Of a DNA stretch of 64,000 nucleotides, positions 44,700 through 57,292 are shown one piece after another. The position numbers and the translations under genes are program-made. Source of the stretch: Eledone cirrhosa (lineage: Eukaryota); the NCBI GenBank assembly GCA_964016885.1, contig OZ024740.1, positions 67,208,001 through 67,272,000 of the forward strand, given 5' to 3'. The notes beneath the pieces are model-generated. The model was not told the origin of the DNA. It saw only the letters and a list, made by a program, of their open reading frames with translations, and did not search any database. Within the stretch, counting starts at the first letter, position 1, and the number at the start of each line of letters is the position of its first letter.

Positions 44700-44894
44700 G
44701 TGTATGTATGAATATATATGTAAGTAGGTGTATATATGTTTGGGTATTTATATCTGAATATAAAAATACATATATGCGCATGCAAATATGAATGTATGAT
44801 TGTGTGTGTATATATATATGTGTGTATGTATGTGTATATGTGTATATATACATGTGTATATGTGTGTGTATGTGTATGTCTGTATGTGTATATA

Positions 44895-44945
<51 letters not shown>

Positions 44946-45236
44946 GTATGTGTGTGTATGTATGTATGTATATGTGTGTGTGTATATATATGTATGTCTC
45001 TCTATTTATATGTCTATCTTCGTATTTATGTGGATATATGTGGGTGTGTGCATGTATACACATATATGTGTTTATGTCTATATGTGTGTATGTATATATA
45101 TGTGTGTGTGCACACACATATATATGTGAATGTGTATGTGTGTGTGTGTGTATATGTATGTGTATATATATATATATATATATGTATCTATGTGTGTATA
45201 AATGTCTATGTTCGTATGTGTATATATATATGTATA

Positions 45237-45289
<53 letters not shown>

Positions 45290-45501
45290 TATTATTATAA
45301 TATAACTTATGTGTATGTGTGTATATGTGAGGGTGTGTATATGTATATATATGTGTATATATATGTGTAAAAAAAAATATATATATGTGCATGTCTGTTT
45401 TTTATGTGTGTGTATATATATATATGTGTATATATATGTATATGTGGGTGTTTGTATGTGTATGTATGGTTGTATGTGTGTGTGGGTATATGTATATAAG
45501 T

Positions 45502-45533
<32 letters not shown>

Positions 45534-45865
45534 GTGTATATATATCTCTATTAATGCGTGTATATATGTATATGTATATGCATTTTTCTTTGTATGTCTG
45601 AGTTGGGTGAGGGTGTAGTGATGTTTCTATTTATATACGCATATATGATGCGTATGTATTTGTATATATGAGTATATGTAAGTGCGTATGTATGTATGAT
45701 TATATATCTAATTCTATGTATGAGTATATATGTGTGTATGTATGTTGTGTGTGTATGTATGTATATGTCTATGCGTGTGTATATATATATGTATGTATGT
45801 GTGTGTATGTATCTGTGTATGTGTATGTATGTACATATATGTCTATGTATGTGTGTATGTATATG

Positions 45866-45916
<51 letters not shown>

Positions 45917-46122
45917 TTATTTTTTATATATATGTGTGTGTGTGTATGTGTGTGTGTGTGTGTTTATATATCTTTATATATGTGTATGTGTATGTTCGTG
46001 TAGGTGTATGTGTGTGTATGACTATATATGTATGTGTGTATGTGTGTATGTGTGTATATATATCTATGTGTGTGTACATGTATGTATGTGTATGTATGTG
46101 TATGTGTGTATGTGTGTATATG

Positions 46123-46185
<63 letters not shown>

Positions 46186-46480
46186 GTATATGTTTCTCTA
46201 TTTGTATATAGATATGTGTGTATAGGTATATACCTTTTTCTTTGTATGTCTGAGTTGTGTGAGAGTGTAGTGGTGTTTGTATGTATATACCGATATATAG
46301 ATGCGTAAGTATTTGTCTGTATGTATGTATATATGTCTGTATATATTTGTGTGTATATATAGGTATGTATGTGTATATCTGTATGTATAGATGTATGTAA
46401 GTGTATGTATATGTGAGTGTATGTGTGTATATATATGTGTGTCTATATAGTATGTGTGATTATATGTGTATGTATGAGTG

Positions 46481-46539
<59 letters not shown>

Positions 46540-46687
46540 GTGTATTTATGTGTATGTGTGTATATGTATGTATGTGTGTATATGTATATGTTTATATATG
46601 TGTGTGTATGTATGTTCTAAGTGTGTATGTGTGTATATGTATGTATGTGTTTGTATATGTGTATGTATATATATGTGTGTGTGTGTG

Positions 46688-46757
<70 letters not shown>

Positions 46758-46760
46758 CTT
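44700..46760. repeat. Mosaic (TA/TG) microsatellite field inside the PLE 3' UTR
   Basis: Directly visible; internal anchor ttctttgtatgtctgagttg duplicated at ~45586 and ~46238. Confidence 0.9.
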
Positions 46761-47390
46761 GATATATTTCTTTTTTCTTTTTTCTTTTTCTTTTCTTTCC
46801 TTTTTAATGTTTATTTATTATTTATTATTTTTTATTTTCTTAGTTTATAGATACATCTATATTAAGCAGTCTGCCCAAACAGTTGAATACTGACCTCCCC
46901 CCCCCCCCTCCCACCTAATTTCTGTATCTTGATCTAAATGTGTGTGCCAGTGTTTATGTGAGTGAATTAATATCCATGTGCTTAAGATTTTATATCCACA
47001 TATATATATATGTGAGTGGGGGTGTGTGTGTGTTTGTATGTTCGTAGTTTATGTGTATGTTTATGCATATGCGCGCGTGTATGTGTGATTGTACGGATAT
47101 GTGCTAGTATGAAAATATGTGTATACACTTATTTCATATTTATGTGTCTATACGCATATTATCTGTGCATTATAAACTTACAGAGACATTAACCTTGAAA
47201 TTTTGTATTTGCATCCATCCTTTTTGTATGCGTATACAAGTTGTGCATACATTTTTGTAAAATATGTGTAAGGGTAGTTACATGTATATACACACACCGA
47301 ACTGCATTAAACCTTTTGTATTTTCATTGGTCAATTTTGTTCCCAAACGGACCTGAAAGTTTGAATTGTTGTTATTATCAATAAATATAT

Positions 47391-47544
47391 TTCATTATTT
47401 CTGAAGACGGCGTATATATGTGTTGGTATGTATATTTAATCTTGATAGTTTGTATAATTTTGTATAATTTTGTACATAGATCTGTTGAATATGCATGCCA
47501 ATTCTAACACATATATATCCTAGAAACGATCGTTAAATAGTGAA
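47391..47544 (+). ncRNA. Type-I hammerhead ribozyme with ~115-nt stem II
   Basis: ttcattattt CTGAAGA cgg-cgtatatatgtgttgg...taacacatatatat-cc ta GAAA cgatcg TT aaatagtgaa. Confidence 0.72.
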
Positions 47545-47597
47545 CTTTTTTTGTTTAATATAAGGAACTGTTTCATTGTTTATTCATTATTTGTTTA

Positions 47598-47683
<86 letters not shown>

Positions 47684-47763
47684 GTATAGGTACCACCGTG
47701 GAAACACTTATAAGCACACGGAATAAATTACCTTTTTATGATGTCTACCTGTTATTATTCAAT

Positions 47764-47802
<39 letters not shown>

Positions 47803-47803
<1 letters not shown>

Positions 47804-48002
47804 GTTATTCCGGGTTGAATCGGAGGTAACCACAGTAAGTAAGGTACTCAATACATTGCAGAGTATAAAAGTTTTAATATAGATGAGATTCTACAGGACT
47901 AGAACTGTTTCATTCTTTAGAAATCATCAGGAATCAGGGATTCCTGATGAATTCTAAAGAATGAAACAGTTCTAGTCCTGTAGAATCTCATCTATATTAA
48001 AT
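47803..48002. mobile_element. Palindromic mini-element F (each arm is essentially one hammerhead)
   Basis: Arms 47872-47935 / 47939-48002; tail 47803-47871 on the minus arm; (TA)n flanks. Confidence 0.88.
47939..47987 (+). ncRNA. Type-I hammerhead ribozyme (family F; mirror copy at 47887-47935 on minus)
   Basis: gattc CTGATGA attc-taaa-gaat GAA acag-ttctagtc-ctgt A gaatc; all three stems Watson-Crick. Confidence 0.88.
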
Positions 48003-48030
48003 ATATATATATATATATTATTACCCTCTG

Positions 48031-48066
<36 letters not shown>

Positions 48067-48088
48067 TTACCATCTGTCGTATATATAT

Positions 48089-48180
<92 letters not shown>

Positions 48181-48184
<4 letters not shown>

Positions 48185-50790
48185 ACCATCTGTCGGACTG
48201 GATAGACCATGGATCTGCGCATAGACAATTTTGTTTGAGTTGCTGATGGTGGTGCTGTGTTTGTTGTGACTGTTCATTTGCAGATGCTCTCCAGTGATGT
48301 TACTATGTTGACCTATAATAGTGGAGAATATCTGTGGAAAACCGTAGATATGGCGAGTACGTTAACCATTAGGCGCTTCTTTTCGGCTTCAAATTTCAAT
48401 TTCTTTTCTCCATGCTTTATCCCCTTGCGTAATACTTGTCTCCAGAGTGAGTGATAATTTGTGACCGCTTCTCATTTATGGACACCCAGATCTTTTGAAT
48501 TCATATCCCTCTTGCCGTCGTCTTTGAAATGAAGTAATGTGTTGAGGACGCATGCAATGTTGAGATAGCAATCTGAGTGTTTCTGCTCAGTTCACTATTC
48601 TCTGAGACTATCTTGGTCAGCCCGGTGCATGTGGAGCTTTCTTGTCCGACTCAGCTGCTGATTTTCTATTCAAGGTAGAGATCTTTTCTTTTGGTGAAAC
48701 AGAGGTAAATGGAATCGTGGACACTCTCCTGTTGATGGTGATGGCACGGTTTTGCTTGACGCATTGGCTCAGCACGTTGGTCTTCTAAAGACTAATGGTC
48801 TGGTTGAATGCTTGGCAGGCCCAGGAGAGTTTGTCAATAAAGAGCTGCATGTGTTCCTCAGAGTACGCAGCCAATACTGCGACTTTCAGAAACATCATTT
48901 CTCCCAGGAATACTTGACGATCCTGGATATTGCGTTCAACAGAGATGGGCTAGACAGCATCCTGCTCGATCTGGTGTCGAAGTGGATACCGTCAGTTAAT
49001 GTTCCTAATGAGTGTTTCAGCATGACAGCGAAAATAACGCCAAAGAGGATGGGAATCAGCACAAAGCGCTGATTTACACCATTGCAGATTTTTAAAGCTC
49101 CTTTAACGCTTTCATACTAATCTGAACGACAACTTTTAGATTAGTATGAAACGATTGGACTATCGTGAGAAGTCTAGGAGGATAACTCATCTTGGTGAAC
49201 AAGCAGTCCTTATTAATTCGTTCAAATGCGTTCATGAGGTCAATGAAGGTGACGTAGAGTGGGTGTCTTTATTCACATCATTTATCTTGTAGCTGTCCAT
49301 GTTAATGGTAGAGTGATCTAGCCGGAAACCACATCAATATTCGGGGTATGCTCTCTCGACAATTTTCTGTTGTCTGTTTAACATCACGGGGGCAAAAACC
49401 TTCCGAAAGGCGCTTAGCAGCGAGATGGCTCGGTAACTATTAGAGTCATTTCTGTCATATTTTTCCGTATAGAGGCTGACAATATATCCCAGACTGTTCC
49501 TCCTCCCAACAGTGACAAATTAGATTCAACAAGAAGGTAAGCAAAACTCCCTTTATATACCTGATGACCTCTGGTGGGATTCCATCCCATACCGGTGCCT
49601 TAGTGGACAAACCATCAATGGTTCTGCTCAGTTTATCAGTAGGGAATGCATCTAGCTCCTTCATGATGGCTAGGTATTCCAAACTCTGTAACACGTTGTC
49701 CGAGGTGCTCTTTTCCCTGGGATAGAGTTTGGGGAAATGATCCATCCATCTCTTCGTCTCCTCTCATTTACCCTTGATGATCTCGGCTGTTCTGGATTTG
49801 AGAGAATCTATCTTGCTCTGGGATGGGCCGATGTCTTTCTTGATGCCATCAAATATTCCATGAGTTTTATACGTGTCAAATTTTAAGTCGATGTTCGCCA
49901 GCAATGAATTGCATGACGTTACATTGTCTTATGAGTATTGTTCCTTGCCGTCCTCAATGCTTGCATAGTTGCCTAGACAGGTTGGTTTTTGTGCTTCAAC
50001 AGGGCAACTCGCGTTTCTTCCATGGTCACATTCATCTCATTCATGTTCATCTCGAACTATTCCTGTATCCATCTTCTCCTTTTCCCGAAGGACATCATTG
50101 CAGTGCTATGTGTCGTGTCCCTGGGAGAGTCTCATTTCTGCTGAACATTTCCTTTCGGTGGATCTGTATGGAGGAGGTCCTACAGGGTCTTGAGGAATAC
50201 AACATCTTTACTAGTTTAGATAAATGCTGGTTTTCAGTATCAGTTATGCGCTGCTTGTCGGGAAGTTTGGCGTTGAGTATCCTCATTGGTTGATGCTTGA
50301 GATTCCAGCACACCAGAGAGTGACTTCTTCGCAATCAGTACTTTGTAAAGACAGTCATGTGCGCGTTTCCCGGATGATTGCCAGTGTTCGTAGCTGCGAT
50401 CACTCAAATAATTTTGTGCTGAACATTGGCCCCGAAGAAGGTGTTGTAGAGATATAATTTATGGAGAATATAGAGATCAAATAGCCGTTGCCCATTGTCA
50501 TTCATGTTGCCGATCCCATACCGTCTCAGACATCTTGGCCATGTGTTGTGATTGGCTTCCTCTCTGGCTGTAAAGATTCCAAGTAGCACTAGCTGTTCTC
50601 CAATTCAGATCACTCGAATTTTTCTTGAGAGATAATGGTGAAACTCGTACTTAGAGTACTGAGACATATGCACTGATATGGTTGACAGGCCCGTCTGAAA
50701 AATACAATCGAAATGAGAAGATCCCCTTTGAACGATCCTTGCTGATCTCCACCATCTTCAAAAGAGACTTACTGAATGCAAAGCTAATAT
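48181..50790 (-). mobile_element. Decayed near-full-length RTE-clade LINE (APE + RT)
   Basis: WPRCLRRYGIGNMNDNGQRL..NTFF (APE); KAPVWDGIPPEVI; NYRAISLLS; YVTFIDLMNAF; GVNQRFVLIPILF; many stops. Confidence 0.85.
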
Positions 50791-51230
50791 AATGTTGTCT
50801 GATCTCTCATCTCTTGAGAAGAAGGTATACACATTCTCCCGAAGGGGCTGCAAAGGATGGATACACGTTTTTGGAGCGCTACAATGACCACACGAGAAGA
50901 TTTGAAGTTGATTGATGTTATTTGAGGCCTTCGATTTGACAACCTAGGAACCATAAATATAACTACATGTTTGAGTGTGGTGCGTGCGTGTAAATATGCA
51001 TATATATACACACGCACACACACGCACACACTCACACACTCACACACACACACAGAAATATATAGATACACGCATACATACAAACACACACATATATATA
51101 TGTGTGTGTGTGTGTGTGTATGTGTGTGTGTATGTGTGTGTGTGTGTGTATGTGTGTATGTGTGTGTGTATGTGAGTGTGTGTGTGTGCGTGTGTATATA
51201 TATGTGTGTGCGTGTGTGTGTGTGTGCGTA

Positions 51231-51605
<375 letters not shown>

Positions 51606-52985
51606 GTAGATAAATCTACCAAGAGTTTACGGTAGTGTCCAATCCGTATGAAGAACTCAATGTAATCCGGATATCATGGAAAGAAGAGATGCATTCAAAA
51701 ATCACTTTCGGTGAAAGATAAACGGAATACAGAGTCAAGATAAAGTATTAAAAAAATAATGAATAAAACAATGAAACAGTTCCTTATATTAAACAAAAAA
51801 AGTTCATTATTTAATGATCGTTTCTAGGACATATATGTGTTAGAATTGGCATGCATACTCAACAGATCTATGTACAAAATTATACAAAATTATACAAACT
51901 ATCAAATTTAATATACATACCAACACATACATATGCCGTCTTCAGAAATAATGAAATATATTTATTGATAATAACAACAATTCAAAATTACAGGTCTGTT
52001 TGTGAACAGAGTTCAAATTGACCAATGAAATACACAAAAATATATCAAGAAAATACAGTTAGGTGTGTGTATATATGTAAGTAACTTCGTTCACAGATAT
52101 GCATAAAAATATATGCTCACATGCATACGCATATCGAAAAAATGTATGTAAATACAAAAATTCAGGGCTAATGTCTCTGTATGTTTATAATCTACATACA
52201 AAATACACATACGTATATAAACATATATACATTCATATATACACACATATACATACATTCACACACACACGCGCATATACGCATAAACATACACATAAAC
52301 ACGAACATACACACACACACACACCCACACACACACACACACACATATATGTATATATTATTATCATAAGCATATGGACATTAAGGCGCGCACATAAGCA
52401 CTGCCACATATATTTAGATCCAGATGCAGAAAGTAGGTAAGGGGGTCAGTAATTAGTACGGGTGTCAGACAACTGCCTATTTATAGAATGTATCTATAAA
52501 TTTAGAAATAAAAAGAAATATATTAAAAACAATATATAAACAAGTAAAATATAAAATACACATCGATATACATATATATATATATATACACATATATATA
52601 TATATGTATACACATATATATACATACACATACACACACATATATATAGAGACACATACATATACATATATAAATACATAGACACATATAGATACACACA
52701 TATATATATATACATATATTCACAACACACATATATATATACACACACACATGTACATACACATATACACATACATACCCATATATATATCACATATACA
52801 CGCATATATACACACACACATATACACAGATATATATATATATATATATACATACACACACATATATATACAGACACACACATACATATACGCATATATA
52901 CACACACACACACATCCATGTATGCATATACACATACAACCACATGCTCACACAACTCAGACATACCTAAATAAAGAGATATTTT
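51606..52985 (-). mobile_element. Second, diverged copy of the 3' UTR of the 41563-47603 PLE, with tail
   Basis: Reverse complement matches 46230-47600 including the long hammerhead; extra tail 51606-51745. Confidence 0.85.
51803..51955 (-). ncRNA. Long-stem-II hammerhead, second copy (stem III G>A)
   Basis: Reverse complement: ttcattattt CTGAAGA cggcatatg...tgtcc ta GAAA cgatca TT aaataatgaa. Confidence 0.62.
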
Positions 52986-53053
52986 GTTTCTGAGAAACAA
53001 AATGGCGTAGGACAGAAGAAAGGAAAGGCACAGAAACAAAGAAAGGAATCCCC

Positions 53054-53098
53054 AGTCACTTAAGAGGTCACAGAGTGTGTGACGAAAGGACTATGACT
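53054..53098 (+). ncRNA. Degenerate hammerhead (G5>U)
   Basis: agtca CTTAAGA g gtcac-agagtgt-gtgac GAAA ggac TA tgact. Confidence 0.5.
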
Positions 53099-53277
53099 AT
53101 ATATAAACAACTATCTGGTTGTGGAACCAACCAACCAACCAGAAATTTATAAGTTTGTAGATTTGTAAATTTATAAATTTATAAATATATAATAAATTGA
53201 AGTGAAAGCAACTTGTGCGTGTGTTTCTTATTGGCAACATGACCCTCCCAAAGTATAACAATATATATATATATATA

Positions 53278-53763
53278 TTGGTAAACGGAATAGAAAATGC
53301 TGACAAATTGTTCACAGTTGAAAAATGGTTTAATTAGGAATAAAAGAGTATTAGTGATTGTATGGGTTAGTATTCAGTTGTGGTTTTAAGTTTTTAAGTT
53401 TTTACCGGTTGCGCATTTCTAAATGCTTTTCAAAAATAATTTTGAGATAGAGTGTCCGTGATGTTTGCTCTGATCTGATTAGTTTTGGGAATTCTACCTG
53501 TTTTTATGTTAAAAAAGTGGCTCCAGCGTTACTTTGGTGTTGCAAAATTTCTTGTGGTCAAAACAATTTTGATTGGTTGGTAGAGGTCATGTGAGTGTAA
53601 AAAATTGATTTTGCGCCAAGACTGTTTTTATGTTAAAAAATTGGCTCCAGCAACAATTCTTGTGGTCAAAACAATTTTGATTGGTCGATAGAGGTCATGT
53701 GAATAAAAAATTGGTTTTGCGCCAAGATTGAGAAATGACTCTTTCACAACAAAATTGTGTGTG

Positions 53764-53820
<57 letters not shown>

Positions 53821-55929
53821 TAGTAGTAGTAAGGTGTTCGATGTTGTGATAATGGTTAGCAGCGATGTGTGTCAAATGGCTATTGAGATAAGTGTGTGTG
53901 CATATATACATATATATACACATATATATGCACGTATATTTTTTTGTGTTGCACCATAGAGCATGTGTGTTTACGTATGCCATTGTGTTTATATGTGGGT
54001 AGAGATGTGTGCTGATGTAGGTATGTATGTTGACGTGTGTATGTTGTGGGTTCGTCTTCGGGAGAAGTGTTTAGACGGGGTCCGTATTTGTTAATGAAGT
54101 AAGATTCCTTGCTGATGCGCTGGGTGTGGGTGGCATTATCTTTAAATTTGTAGAGGAGAACAATTACTTCGTTTTCAATAACAAATCCTACAGGCAGAAA
54201 TCTGGGACCGCTATGGGAACGAAAACAGCCACCACTTATGCCAACCTAGTCATGGGATACCTGGGAATCACCCTCTACACTAAAGTCCTAAACAAATTTG
54301 GAAACACCCTCCACTTACACATTGAAAAGAACTGGAAGCGATATCTAGATGACTGCTTCATCATTTGGCACGAAAACATCGAAAAACTTAAAGAATTTCA
54401 CACCCTTATAAATGGGCTCAACACAAATATTAACTTCACGATGGAATACAGCCATCAACAACTCCCCTTCCTCGACATCCTCATTAAGATCCATAACAAA
54501 AAAATAGAAACAGACATATACTATAAGCCCACAGACTCCAAGCAATAGTTCACCTTCAACTCTTGCCACCCTAGACACGTTAAAATTAATATTCCCTACA
54601 ACTTAGCCAAGAGAATCTGTACTATAGTCTCCAATAAAAACATCTGCTACTTACAGCTACAAGAACTAAAGGACAGACTCATAGGCAGGGACTACCCTGC
54701 ATCACTAATTGACAATTGAATCCGACGTGCCCTAAAACTCAGTACCCAGGACCTTAGACACCCTAAAGTAAATCAACCAAAACTAAAAGCTCTTCCATAC
54801 ATCTCCACACACAAACTCCTCAACAATGAGGCCTTTGACACCATCCTCCAGAACATCCCTGTATTGAAAAAGGACTATAGAATGAACCAAATTCTACGAA
54901 CACACGATATCATAAAGAGCAAAAGACAATCCAAGTCAATGAAAAACATCTTAACACATGCCAAAGTAGTGCCAACACAACAACGAAACCCACAGTAAAA
55001 AAATGCGATAGACCCAAATGTGGCATTTGCATCAACCTAATAGAGGGTTCGGAATTATATTTCAAAGATGGACAACGTTTTATAGTAAAACACAATTTCA
55101 CATGTGCATCGGAAAATCTAATATATGTATTAACTTGTTCAGGTTGTCGAGAACAATACATAGGCCACACCAAAAACAGCCTCCGCCAACGCATGACTGT
55201 CCATAGATCCCAAATTAAAATACGGGAATACAGGAAAATACCACTGAGTGAACACATTTATACCTGTGCCGCCCCAAATCATCCCAACTTCAGAATCTTT
55301 CCCCTCTACAAATTTAAAGATAATGCTACCCACACCCAGCGCATCAGCAAGGAATCTTACTTCATTAACAAATACGGACCCCGTCTAAACACTTCTCCCT
55401 AAGACGAACCCACAACATACACACGTCAACATACATACCTACATCAGCACACATCTCTACTCACATATAAACACAATGACATACGTAAACACACATGCTC
55501 TATGGTGCAACACAAAAAAATATATGTTCATATATATGTGTATATATATGTATATATATATATATATATATGTATATATAGTGAATATATGTATGTGTGT
55601 ATATATATATAGTGAATATCATTTCACACCTTTTATTGTTAAGATTTTTGATGTTCTATTAAGAGAACCGATTTACTGAAAAAATCGAATAATGTACACC
55701 ATTTTACCAGGGGGTAAAAAATACTGGTCCACACACACACATATATATATACACACACTCATACACACGCGTACATCAACATACAAAGAGACTTATATAC
55801 ACACACACACACACACGCACTTCTCCGTATAAGACAAAAGCTGAAAAATATCTTTTGACATGCTAAAATACCCCCATTGCTTTCAGACACATTCTTACTG
55901 ACCATCCCTGCCACCACGAATTACTCTGC

Positions 55930-55980
<51 letters not shown>

Positions 55981-56055
55981 ATCTCATTAGCCATTTGACA
56001 CACATCGCTGCTAACCATTATCACAACATCGAACACCTTACTACTACTACTACTA

Positions 56056-56096
<41 letters not shown>

Positions 56097-56629
56097 CACA
56101 CACACACACATACACATATTTGTTGTGAAAGAGTCATTTCTCAATCTTGGCGCAAAACCAATTTTTTATTCACATGACCTCTACCGACCAATCAAAATTG
56201 TTTTGACCACAAGAATTGTTGCTGGAACCACTTTTTTAACATAAAAACAGTCTTGGCGCAAAATCAATTTGTTACACTCACATGACCTCTACCGACCAAT
56301 CAAAATTGTTTTGACCACAAGAAATTTTGCAACACCAAAGTAACGCGGGAGCCACTTTTTTAACATAAAAACAGGTAGAATTCCCAAAACTAATCAGATC
56401 AGAGCAAACATCACGGACACTCTATCTCAAAATTATTTTTGAAAAGCATTTAGAAATGGGCAACCGGTAAAAACTTAAAAACTTAAAACCACAACTGAAT
56501 ACTAACCCATACAATCACTAATACTCTTTTATTCCTGATTAAACCATTTTTCAACTGTGAACAATTTGTCAGCATTTTCTATTCCGTTTACCAATATATA
56601 ATAACTTGTTTGTTACACCTCTATTCTTT

Positions 56630-56633
<4 letters not shown>
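53278..56633. mobile_element. Head-to-head inverted Neptune-like PLE: minus arm 53278-54156, plus arm 54155-56595 with short tail to 56633
   Basis: Plus arm highly similar to 2465-4928; minus arm is the reverse complement of the 3' part with an internal deletion; GG microhomology at the junction. Confidence 0.92.
54155..55402 (+). pseudogene. Disrupted PLE RT C-half + GIY-YIG
   Basis: QKSGTAMGT, WKRYLDDCF, LPFLDI, CDRPKCGIC, NLIYVLTCSGCREQYIGHT; stops and a frameshift. Confidence 0.9.
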
Positions 56634-56724
<91 letters not shown>

Positions 56725-56837
56725 GTTTGTACATGTATAATAAAGCCAAAACAATGCAGGTATGGACATAGAATAAAGAATGCAAATGCAAAAGATATTG
56801 TTGACAATTAGTCTTTTACCTTAAATTTATTTAAATG

Positions 56838-56875
56838 TCCTTAATTTTCGAGATAATATCACTTCTTCAGAGGGA
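56838..56875 (-). ncRNA. Minimal hammerhead in the pLTR
   Basis: Reverse complement: tccct CTGAAGA a-gtgata-t-tatctc GAAA at TA agga. Confidence 0.55.
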
Positions 56876-57208
56876 AGTAAAGCTGTTAATCCAGTGTTCT
56901 AAATAGCTTGCCAAGTCATGCTGACAGGAAATGGTATAGAGTATCTGTTCTATCTCTAATGTCAAAGAGTTAAGATTAGGTGGATAAACGGTAGTCTCCC
57001 TTTAAAAGTTTTTATTTATTTTTTTTGTTTTGTTTTTTTGTACATGCCTGTTTAAGTGTGTGGGAGAATGCATGAAGGTGTAAGTATGTGAGTGTGTGCG
57101 TGTGAGTGTGAGAAGATATATCTATACGTAAATGTGGGGGATTGATGTTATCTCATGTTAGAATTGGTTTTGTGTGTGTATGTGTGAGAGAGAATAAGTG
57201 GGGGTGTA

Positions 57209-57244
<36 letters not shown>

Positions 57245-57292
57245 CGTGTGTGCGTGTGTGTGGGGGGTGTAAATATGGGGCTAGAAGCTCTA

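Larger units (their letters stand above)
41563..47603 (+). mobile_element. 5'-truncated Penelope-like element (CNC-linker type, Nematis-like by inference) with ~4-kb repeat-rich 3' UTR ending in a hammerhead
   Basis: ORF 41564-43561; the 3' part 46230-47600 recurs inverted at 51745-52985; (TA)n flanks. Confidence 0.85.

Noticed and set aside
54126-54548. 140-aa ORF beginning MGGIIFKFVEENNYF
   Set aside because: Chimeric across the inversion junction at 54155; the first 10 codons are antisense PLE sequence
56435-56475. Possible hammerhead TTGAAAA gcattta GAAA tg(c/g)gca in the Neptune-like pLTR
   Set aside because: No credible stem II or UH site; I could not fold a convincing ribozyme for this family
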